Below, piece after piece: positions 22,871 to 32,255 of a stretch of DNA of 32,255 nucleotides. This DNA comes from Octopus sinensis (lineage: Eukaryota): NCBI RefSeq assembly GCF_006345805.1, contig NW_021829646.1, positions 1-32,255 of the forward strand, written 5' to 3'. The translations under genes were made by a program, and so were the position numbers. A model generated the notes under the pieces. The model was given only the letters and a program-made list of their open reading frames with translations, searched no databases and was not told the DNA's origin. The stretch's first letter is position 1; each line of letters starts with the position of its first letter.

Positions 22871-23434
22871 ACAGAGAATCATATACTTAGAGCTATAACG
22901 AATGTCATCAGGAGAGTTGCATCGAAGCGAGGTTAACAAATGAATATCTTAAGACAGTAATCTCAACAGGCGGCGCTAGTGATATAATTTCCATCAATGT
23001 CTGCAATGTTTACAACTGGGAATCCATACAACTGATGACAAATGAAGGTCTTTTGTCTCTCTCCGAGTGGTTGACTTAGTTTATATCCGTTTAAAGCACT
23101 CCGCGCATTCCCTTTCCTCCTTTGTCTTTCCCCTACTCACTCTGTCCGTTTCTGTTCGTGGAACTATCTGTCTTTACCGTTTCCTGCGTACGTGGCAATC
23201 TGTCATTGTTAGTGACCGTCGCCCTAGGTTTCAACCGTGTCGCTATATAATCATGTATCTCTCTCACTGTTCGTGTTTGTGCGCATGTGTCGAGATATAT
23301 ATAGGAGGGGGGTTATTTCCAATATATATATAGATATATTCCTATAGATATAGACACATACATTTCGGTATATATATATATATCTGTATCACTCTTTCTC
23401 TCTCTTTGTTTCTCTCTCCCTCTCTGTACATATT

Positions 23435-23436
23435 TA

Positions 23437-23472
<36 letters not shown>

Positions 23473-23620
23473 AGTGTGTGTGGGTGTGTGTGAATGCTTT
23501 CACAGTCTCGATTTCGTACACTTTACTTTAATACACAGACGTACACACATTCCCATACACACACATGTATATATGCACGCATATTATATATATATATATA
23601 TATATATCTCACCCTGCCCC

Positions 23621-23652
<32 letters not shown>

Positions 23653-23722
23653 CACACACATGTATACACACACACATACACAGACACACACACACACACA
23701 CACATATGTATATATGCATACA
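23435..23722. repeat. (GT)n/(AT)n/(CA)n cluster
   Basis: Direct inspection. Confidence 0.88.
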
Positions 23723-24041
23723 TAGAGGGAGAAGAGGAAAAGAGTGAGTAAGATTAACGTAAACATTAATATGGACATGTTCGCGTTAATATTGAGTTTA
23801 TGAAGACAGGTTTCATGGTTATTGTTCGATAATTAATTAGAAACATAATTACACGGAGATCATGTCAGACATGTAGATAGATTGCTTGCCTTCCTTTCAG
23901 TATTTAAATTCCTTCCACATACATCATTTTTTTCTTCTCCAAAATATTATTGAATGCGAAACGATATAATTCTTTAAACACATTCACAATATTCGAAGGT
24001 TTTGTGCAAATCATTGGCCAGACGTATTTTCTAGACGCAGA

Positions 24042-24139
24042 CATGGCCGGGTTTCGGATTCGGTTCCACCTTGTTGTAACCTTGGGCAAGTTCCTGGGCC
24101 GCCTATTGCTTTGCAAGCGAATTTAAAAGACGGAAACTG
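24042..24139 (+). mobile_element. Degenerate 5' part of a family A SINE
   Basis: ttgggcaag...ggccgcctattgctttgcaagcgaatttaaaagacggaaactg resembles ttgggcaag...ggcccaccaatgccttgttagtggatttggtagacggaaaatg in the 24836 copy. Confidence 0.5.
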
Positions 24140-24453
24140 TACACCTTTTCGATATCAGTGTCTTTATGATACTAGAAAAGGGATAAGTGTTTGTGAAGTG
24201 TTTGTGAAACTCGAGTCCATGTGTATCATAAGTTGAAGACGGGAAGGATGGCTTCCCTTTACAAACACTGATAGGGTACAGAAAGTGTGTCGAAAGCCAG
24301 CTGGAGGAGGTGTCCTCCTGGGGCTACAAACTACAGTAGCATCCACCCTTAGGGCTTAGCCATATTTAAATAGCAAATATACGTCACGATGTGCTGCAGC
24401 TACTGTTTATAACTCGCTCTAAGATTTATTATTGTTATATATAGAAAAAATAA

Positions 24454-24454
<1 letters not shown>

Positions 24455-24509
<55 letters not shown>

Positions 24510-24530
24510 TATATATATATATATATAAAT
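24455..24530. repeat. (TAA)n followed by (TA)n
   Basis: Direct inspection. Confidence 0.95.
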
Positions 24531-24630
24531 TTATAAATATAAAAATTATTAATTAAGTAATTTTTTAAATTTTAACTTTAATGTAAATAATTTAAATTTT
24601 GAATTTTATATTTTATATATTTTTATTCAT

Positions 24631-24792
24631 TAATTTTATTTCTATGTTTTGGGTTAATGATTTTCACTGTTTGATTGCCTAATAGTGGTTTTATCTCTAA
24701 TTTAATATAATATATATTTATACTATAAAATTAGACTTAATCCTAAATCTAATTTTTCCCTGTAAGTTTGGATTTACTCCCTAAAGTATTAT
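24631..24792 (-). repeat. Dispersed AT-rich repeat, copy B (inverted relative to 11085-11240)
   Basis: Its reverse complement aligns with 11085-11240. It abuts (TA)n at about 24796. Confidence 0.85.
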
Positions 24793-24795
24793 TTC

Positions 24796-24829
<34 letters not shown>

Positions 24830-24835
24830 GGTATA

Positions 24836-25250
24836 TAGGTGCAGGAGTAGCTGTGTGATAAGTAGCTTGCTAACCAACCACATGGTTGCGGGTTCAGTCC
24901 CACTGTGTGGCATTTTGGGCAAGGTCTTCTGCTATAGCCCGGCCCACCAATGCCTTGTTAGTGGATTTGGTAGACGGAAAATGAAAAGAAGCCGTCAGTA
25001 TATATGTATATATATATATGTGTATGTGTGTGTGTGTTTGTGTTTCTGTGTTCGTCCCTCTAGCATTGCTTGACAACCGATGTTGGTGTGTTTACATCCC
25101 CATCACTTAGCGGTTCGGCAAAAGAGACCGATAGAATAAGTACTGGGCTTACAAAAAGAATAAGTCCCGGGGTCGAATTGCTCGATTAAAGGCAGTGCTC
25201 CAGCATGGCCGCAGTCAAATGACTGAAACAAGTAAAAGAGTAAAAGAGTA
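24836..25250 (+). mobile_element. Full-length tRNA-derived SINE, family A, with an internal (TA)/(TG) microsatellite
   Basis: Box A-like tagctgtgtga (24848-58), box B ggttcagtccc (24891-901), internal microsatellite at about 25000-25050, and a 3' tail of agtaaaag repeats (25231-50). Confidence 0.9.
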
Positions 25251-25263
25251 ATATGTCTATCAA

Positions 25264-25268
<5 letters not shown>

Positions 25269-25321
<53 letters not shown>
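25269..25321. repeat. (CT)n microsatellite
   Basis: Direct inspection. Confidence 0.96.
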
Positions 25322-25329
<8 letters not shown>

Positions 25330-25940
25330 AATCGCAAGATCCACAGTTCTACCACACAGTTCATTACCTTATTCTAGAATCTTCGTCAAACCAAAGAATT
25401 CTGTCTCTGTGAGAAAAAAGCGAAAATGGGACCAGTAAGATCGGTACTCTATCCATTATCTAAATCACTTGTCTGCAAGTAACTTAAGAATTTGTTGTTG
25501 TTACCGCTATCGTTCAAAATATTTCGAAGCAATATTATTTATCTGTAAAATGGCTAACTAAATATTAATACCTTGTTTTTTTTCCCTCCGTTCTATGTAT
25601 GCATTCTGCGGAATAATTGGTTAATATTTATTTTATTTTATTACCTTACATAATTATTTATATATTTATTCATTTGTGAAATGTGTATGATCTTTGATGA
25701 TTCAGGGTCACATCGTGTAGACATTACGACGTGAAATCAATTAAAATATATACGCGCAAAGACAAACCTTTCTCCTTCAACACCCAGGATTGGTTTGAGG
25801 GTGGGGCAGACGTTCAAAGATAACTAGAATCTTTATTGGCAGGTAGATATCGCAAATGAAGAAATTCCTATTTGGTAATGCTGGAAAGAGATTGCGTCTT
25901 GGAGCGAGGAAAAAGTACATCTTAATGCTACTACAATCAA

Positions 25941-25968
25941 TAATAATAATAAAAATAATAATAATTAA

Positions 25969-26001
<33 letters not shown>

Positions 26002-26165
26002 TCTTTCTGCTAGAGACACAAGGTCTGGATTTTGGGAGAGGGGACTAGTCTGTTATATCGAGGCCAGTGTTTAATTGTTACATAATTTATTGACCCTGTT
26101 AGGACGAAAGGCAAAGTCGACCTCGGCAGAATTTTAACTCAGAACGTAACGGCAGACGAAATGCC
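25941..26165 (-). mobile_element. Outermost SINE of the nest (family B sibling with a different 3' tail and a (TTA)n end)
   Basis: 26085-26165 matches the family B core. 26001-26060 is a different tail. (TAA)n at 25941-26000 lies at its 3' end on the minus strand. Confidence 0.75.
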
Positions 26166-26341
26166 TATTTCTTTACTACCCGCAAGGGGCTAAACACAGA
26201 GAGGGCAAACAAGGACAGACAGACAGATTAAGTCGATTATATCGAACCCAGTGCGTAACTGGTACTTATCCCCGAAAGGATGAAAGTTAAAGTCGATATC
26301 TGTGGAATTTGAACTCAGAACGTAGCGGCTGACGAAATACC
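26166..26341 (-). mobile_element. Middle SINE of the nest, family B body (its head lies at about 26574-26625)
   Basis: Matches the 26342-26524 segment of the inner copy. It begins on the minus strand at ggtatttcg, which is continued by the head fragment at 26574-26625. Confidence 0.85.
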
Positions 26342-26573
26342 TATTTCTTTATTACCCACAAGGGGCTAAACACAGAGGGGACAAACAAGGACAGACATAG
26401 GTATTAAGTCGATTACATCAACCCCAGTGCGTAACTGGTACTTAATTTATCGACCCCGAAAGGATGAAAGGCAAAGTCGACCTCGGCGGATTTTGAACTC
26501 ACAACGTAACGCAGACGAAATACCGCTAAGCATTTCGCCCGGCGTGCTAACGTTTCTGCCAGCTCGCCGCCTT
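26342..26573 (-). mobile_element. Innermost full-length family B SINE with a 9-bp target-site duplication
   Basis: Minus strand begins aaggcggcgagctggcagaaacgttagc (box A-like) and has box B gagttcaaaatcc. It is flanked by cgaaatacc at 26333-41 and 26574-82. Confidence 0.92.
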
Positions 26574-26625
26574 CGAAATACCGTTAAGCCTTTCGCCAGC
26601 CGTGCTATCGATTCTGATACTGCCA
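26574..26625 (-). mobile_element. Displaced 5' head of the middle family B SINE
   Basis: cgaaataccgttaagcctttcgccagccgtgctatcgattct is a diverged copy of cgaaataccgctaagcatttcgcccggcgtgctaacgtttct (26516-26557). Confidence 0.75.
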
Positions 26626-27097
26626 GACACATACTAACACATGACAACGTTCAATGTGTTAACTGTGATGGGGCCTTGAATGGCGTAAGCCTAGGACACG
26701 AGAATCGGTTAAACAGTATCACAGTATAGACTGATTTCCTGTTTCCATGTATGTTAATTAGAATGACTTGTGATACGCCAAGAGAAGAGAGAGTTAGCTG
26801 ATATCATTAATTCTTATTCAGAAGCTAAAAGGTTCATTTTCGCGCCCGTTTTACAGACGACAAGAAGATATGTATAACCATGAATATTTCATACTTCCCT
26901 TGTTTATGTATTTACATACCAAAAAAAAAGGGATACAGAGAAAATAAGTACTCCATACACATACACACGCACACATGCATCTATATACATACACATAAAA
27001 TACAAATATATCCAAATATACTTTAAAAGAGAGATATGCACATAACAACAATAATATAGGCATACATACATATACATAAATATATGTATGTATATAT

Positions 27098-27238
27098 ACT
27101 CTCTTTTACCCTTTTACTCTTTTACTTGTTTCAGTCATTTGACTGTGGCCATGCTGGAGCACCGCCTTTTAGTCGAAAAAGGACTTATTCTTTGTAAGCC
27201 TAGTACTTATTATATCTGTGTCTTTTGCCGAACCGCTA
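27098..27238 (-). mobile_element. 5'-truncated family A SINE
   Basis: Reverse complement of 25108-25250 with an internal deletion; includes the tail repeats (cttttact)n. Confidence 0.88.
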
Positions 27239-27295
27239 TATATATATATATATATGTATATCTATGTATCTATCTATCTGCCTATCTATCAATCT

Positions 27296-27343
<48 letters not shown>

Positions 27344-27581
27344 GGAACAATAATAACTCTTTGCTAGAGTGGGCCATGATGTCTCATACATGACAAAAAG
27401 ACTTCACCAGGTGGTGCTCTTAAGTTAGACATGGCCTGGGATATTACTGAGCGAAACCTATCAAAATTATCAAAGTTATATATTTATATATACATATACA
27501 CGTCATCGCCGACTTACGACCACAATTGTTTCCACATGATTGGTTGCTACACAGCTTCGTTTTCTATTTTTACATTCTTTA

Positions 27582-27971
27582 GATGGATGGGAGCACTCCG
27601 TCGGTTACGACGATGAGGGTTCCGGTTGATCCGAATCAACGGAACAGCCTACTCGTGAAATTAACGTGTAAGTGGCTGAGCACTCCACAGACACGTGCAC
27701 CCTTAACGTAGTTCTCGGGATATTCAGCGTGACACAGAGTTGACAAGGCCGGCCCCCTTGAAATACAGGTACAACAGAAACAGGAAGTAAGAGTGAGAGA
27801 AAGTTGTGGTGAAAGAGTACGGCAGGGAGCACCACCATCCCCTGCCGGAGCCTCGTGGAGCTTTTAGGTGTTTTCGCTCAATAAACACTCACAACGCCCG
27901 GTCTGGGAATCGAAACCGCGATCCTATGACTGCGAGTCCGCTGCCCTAACCACTGGGCCATTGCGCCTCCG
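27582..27971 (-). mobile_element. Full-length tRNA-derived SINE, family D, with a probable 10-bp TSD
   Basis: Minus-strand head ggaggcgcaatggcccagtggttagggcagcggactcgcagtcataggatcgcggtttcgattccc, with box A at 27950-60 and box B at 27906-17. The flanks cattctttag (27572-81) and cattcttaag (27972-81) match at 9/10 positions. Confidence 0.92.
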
Positions 27972-28308
27972 CATTCTTAAGGTACATTCTCAGGTAAAAG
28001 ACACACACAGCATTCTGTATTAAACTATTATACAGGCATTAGTCAAGAATTTCGGGGTTTCAAACAGTTGTCTTATAAACAAATACGAGGTTGCCTCGAT
28101 TTCTTCATTCAGCACTTGGGACAATCACTTGGGATAATCGATAACCAAGCGTAGAGGAAGCGTTTGTTAGCTGAAATCATCCATAGACGGGTCAATTTCT
28201 AAGAAATTAAACCCATTAGATTTCAACTGGACTATTTATATTGCTGCCGGCAACGGGAGTTTGCCAATCGACGTAAAGTCGATCGGTCGTAAGTCGGATT
28301 GGTTGTGC

Positions 28309-28344
28309 ATATATATATATATACATACACTCATATATATATAT

Positions 28345-28386
<42 letters not shown>

Positions 28387-28417
28387 ATATATATATACAT
28401 ACACATATATTATATAA

Positions 28418-28488
<71 letters not shown>

Positions 28489-28620
28489 GTATATATATAC
28501 ATATATATATATAATATATATAAATATATATATAATATATATCTATATATATATTATGTATATGTATATATAAGAGGCCTTAAGGGCAAGAACAATATAT
28601 ATATATATATATACACATAT
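28309..28620. repeat. (AT)n-rich microsatellite
   Basis: Direct inspection. Confidence 0.94.
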
Positions 28621-29144
28621 ACGTCTGTCAATCTTTCTCTCTGGGTATCTATTTAACTTCCTCTTTTCTTTCTTTCTTTCTTTCGTTCTTTTTTCTCTTC
28701 CTCTCTCTCTCTCTCTCTCATATTCTGTAAAGATCGATTTTGATCCTGCATGGTGAGTGTAGGTCTCAGCCACTGATACATTTGCAACACACAGCGTATG
28801 TCACGATGCCGCCTTTATGATTACATCAATATTAGATTCCCCAAGGCAAAATAGCGCAGATTCACATGGACAGACCTACCGAGGCTGTAAGTACATATTG
28901 AGAACTATTAGCAGACATCAAATTTCGCAGCCGATACCTGGCTCTGCAATCACACGACGGCTTTCATATTCAAAATATAACGCAATTAATGTGATTCAAA
29001 AATGTTTTTTTCATTTTCAATATATCCTTTTTTTTTTATCTCTTCCATTTTCTGTTTGGGATTTTCTCTGTTCTTCGTTATCTCTCCCTCTCTCTTTCTC
29101 TCTCTCTCTTTCTCGCTCCCTCTCTCTCTCTCTCTCGTCTCTTT

Positions 29145-29175
29145 ATATATATGTTTATATGTATATTATATGTAT

Positions 29176-29221
<46 letters not shown>

Positions 29222-29344
29222 GTATATTATACATATTATATATGTACATATATATAGGTATATATAACAATATATTACATATATATATATATATGGTGCA
29301 TGTATGTTATACATATACATTTATGTATATATATATATATGTGT

Positions 29345-29377
<33 letters not shown>

Positions 29378-29450
29378 ATATGCATATATGTATATCTGTA
29401 TATATATCTATCTGTATATATCTAGCTAGCTAGCTAGATAGATACATACA
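29145..29450. repeat. (AT)n/(GT)n compound microsatellite
   Basis: Direct inspection. Confidence 0.9.
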
Positions 29451-29919
29451 TACATAGACGGACAGGTAAATAGGAAGGTAGGTAGACAGTTAGATAGATA
29501 GATAAAGATATGAAGACAGACAGGCAGACATATCCTAACGCACACCAATATACTATCTATCATAAAAGATGTAATATATATGAAATATAAAATTGTTATA
29601 AATGATATATAAAATGATATATGATACAGATATGTGCGTATACTTTTGTACATTATACATAGTTATATATTTAAAGGTGACCGTAAAACATTAGAAAATA
29701 ATTCATACAAAAAGAAATGATAGAAATAAGAATGTAAATAGAAGATTATAAGTAATATACGATGAATATTTGTTTATATATATATATAACTTATAAACAG
29801 GGGCAAAAGAAATTTTAATATGCTGCCACAATTTTTGATGAAATTTTTCTCTGTAAAAAAGCTTCATCCTATGTAAGTAGTATATATATATATATATATT
29901 CATGAATGTATGTATGTAG

Positions 29920-30025
<106 letters not shown>

Positions 30026-30343
30026 AAACATACAGACAGACAGAAGTAAAAGATAATTGTTTGCGGTTTGCAATGTATTTTATGATACGACTTGAGTAAA
30101 AATTTAATGTATTTTTATAGATGTTTATTTATATTCATATGTTTGTTTGGGCTTTTTCTATTTCTGTTTTTGTTTTCAAAATGCTATATTTGATGGTAGT
30201 ATAATGTACATAGTATTGCTTCATAAGCTACCAACCATTCTGTTTGTACTCTTACTTCTGTTTAGACGTTTTATTTAAGGAATATAATGTTCTGTTATGC
30301 ACAAAGTGATTCTCGCATACATACATACATACATACATCATAC

Positions 30344-30391
<48 letters not shown>

Positions 30392-30423
30392 CATATGTAC
30401 ATACCAACATACTTACATATATT

Positions 30424-30458
<35 letters not shown>

Positions 30459-30561
30459 ATCTGTATATAGATATATGTAATTGTTAAACATGACTGAAAA
30501 CATTAAGGCAAGGCCAAACATCTCAAGTAATATTGAATATTATTATTATAGGAAATTCAAA

Positions 30562-30617
30562 ATCTTACAGCTGTTTCTGGAATATCCCTGAAAGTGGGAT
30601 ATTCTGTCATTAGAGTC
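30562..30617 (-). ncRNA. Decayed minimal hammerhead-like motif, second type
   Basis: Minus strand reads gact-CUAAUGA-ca-GAAUAUCCC/acuuuca/GGGAUAUUC-ca-GAAAC-agcu-GUA-agau. It has a perfect 9-bp stem II (30580-88/30596-604) and a palindromic ACAGCUGU stem III. The core deviates at G5 and at the base of stem II. Confidence 0.5.
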
Positions 30618-30654
30618 AAATAGGGAAAAATATGGAAAATGAAAGACAATTATG

Positions 30655-30660
30655 TACATA

Positions 30661-30732
<72 letters not shown>
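30655..30732. repeat. (AT)n microsatellite
   Basis: Direct inspection. Confidence 0.96.
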
Positions 30733-30735
<3 letters not shown>

Positions 30736-30824
30736 TGACTACATCGAGGAAGGGAATAAATGAATAAGGAGATGGAAAGAAAGAAGAAAAAAAGAAGCAT
30801 ACATATGTGCGCTAGCTTCTAAAG

Positions 30825-30975
30825 CTTTCTATTTTTTTTATTCTCTCACTGTTTAGTTTCTTGTGTTCCTTTCTGCTGAAGAGCGTAGGCTGGAAACGTA
30901 AGACTTTCTCACCTTCACGAGCGTTAAAATAATACATCTGTTTGTTGCTTACACACCTGTCCCCGTCTTTGTTGG
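30825..30975 (+). mobile_element. Penelope-like pLTR fragment, family 1, with a CUGCUGA hammerhead-like core
   Basis: cttt(30869-72)-CUGCUGA(30873-79)-a-GAGC-guag-GCUG-GAAA-CG-UA. Same family as 11975-12168. Confidence 0.7.
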
Positions 30976-31844
30976 GGTTTTTTTTTGGGGGGGGGAGAAT
31001 CCCAACTATATATATATATATTATATATATATACACACACAAATGTATATATATATATATTATTTGAGGGAATAAAATCCAAATATTTTCTAATTTAGTA
31101 TATATATATATATATATTTATATATGTGCATGTCACAATAAATGGATTGGAGTGATGCGGTAATAATCTTCAAAGCCTCCTTAATGTATCATTCTACACA
31201 ACATAGAATATATATAGTAGAATAGCAGAGAAAAGAATAAAGTATGTGTAAAGCCATAAATGGCAGAGAAATATTTTGATGAAATTTTATTTATGATTAA
31301 CAAAAATCTTAATATCGCGAGAAATTATTTCCTAACTCAAAAACATAATATAAGACTTTATATTATCATATACAATTCTATACGTCTGCGTTAATGCAAA
31401 CTGTAAGAAATTTATTTATTATTAAATATGACAATAACTCTGCATGTTTTTGAGTTATGAAGCAATCATATATGTTATGAATTTAGAGGTAAATCATACT
31501 CCCTTTAAGGATATCTGCTTGTTTAGGCACTCGAAATCCGGATGTAGATACTATATTTGTGTAAGGTATGAATAAGTGTTTAAACGCTGGAGAAAAATTT
31601 TCTGCTGAGTATGATATTGAAAAAGGAGATCGGGGACCTTTTCCGTATTATTTTTTCATATTACACCATTACACGTGTTTCGTCTGCCGTTAGGAGTCAT
31701 GTAGTATATGCAATAGAAAAGATTTAAGGCATCTCCTATTAGAATTTCTTCATACAGACAATCTCACACACACACTCTCTCTTTCTCTCACTCCCTCGCT
31801 CTATCTCTCTATCAATGTATCTATCAATCTTTCTAGCTAGCTAG

Positions 31845-31917
31845 CTATATATATGTATGAGTGTGTTGTGTGTATATATATGTATGTATAAATATATATA
31901 TATAATATATATATATA

Positions 31918-31957
<40 letters not shown>

Positions 31958-31966
31958 ATATATATA

Positions 31967-32001
<35 letters not shown>

Positions 32002-32030
32002 GTGTGTGGTGGGTGGGTGTGTGTGTATGT
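31845..32030. repeat. (AT)n/(ATGT)n/(GT)n compound microsatellite
   Basis: Direct inspection. Confidence 0.92.
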
Positions 32031-32031
32031 A

Positions 32032-32255
32032 TAATAATTGAAGTAAAAACAAGATCAATTTCATACACGAACTTCTGTTTGTTTATTATGTAACAATAAT
32101 AAGTGAGTTGTATGTGATATTTCATTTATTAATACACTACTGGCAATTATATAATATCGTTGTAAGAGAAAAAAAAACATGTAATAATTGAAGTGGACAA
32201 AACGATCAATTTTATACATGGACATCTGTTTCTTGATTACATGACAATAATAAAT
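32032..32255 (+). repeat. Diverged tandem repeat with a 150-bp period (runs off the window end)
   Basis: taataattgaagt occurs at 32032 and 32182, each followed by similar gatcaattt.atac...tctgttt...acaataataa. Confidence 0.7.

Noticed and set aside
25941-26625. Repeated ~180-bp units considered as a CRISPR-like or satellite array
   Set aside because: There is no repeat-spacer organisation, the context is eukaryotic, and nested SINE insertions explain the units.
27900-27971. tRNA-like heads here and at 20851, 21100, 24836 and 26573 considered as tRNA genes
   Set aside because: Each has box A and box B but continues into a multi-copy SINE body, and I could not fold a complete cloverleaf. Called SINEs, not tRNAs.
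28733-28758. Possible 20-nt microexon (AAG|atcgattttgatcctgcatg|GTGAGT), plus another GTAAGT near 28888
   Set aside because: The donor is good but the AAG acceptor is weak and the upstream pyrimidines are a (CT)n microsatellite. Not supportable without RNA data.

Overview
This is AT-rich, repeat-dominated eukaryotic non-coding DNA, either intronic or intergenic. The SINE families and microsatellite load suggest an octopus or other coleoid cephalopod; that assignment is an inference from recalled repeat sequences. I found no recognisable host protein-coding exon, and nearly all supplied ORFs are translations of microsatellites. Supported content: (1) dense (AT)n, (ATAC)n, (GATA)n, (CA)n, (CT)n and (TAA)n tracts; (2) a frameshifted hAT transposase relic of the SPIN/Charlie/GTF2IRD2 type at 6381-7840, interrupted and flanked by three arms of a foldback repeat; (3) at least four tRNA-derived SINE families, including a three-layer nest at 25941-26625 in which both junctions fall at the same internal site; (4) Penelope-like terminal-repeat fragments carrying minimal hammerhead ribozyme-like motifs of two types; (5) a CRE-clade-like endonuclease fragment and a pogo/Tigger-like MITE. 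The most striking non-repeat signal is a candidate recursive splice site at 16924-16957: branch point, 20-nt pyrimidine tract, then CAG|GTAAGT. It is followed by a 75-nt cryptic exon with stops in all three frames, which would place the window inside a long plus-strand intron. None of these calls were checked against databases.
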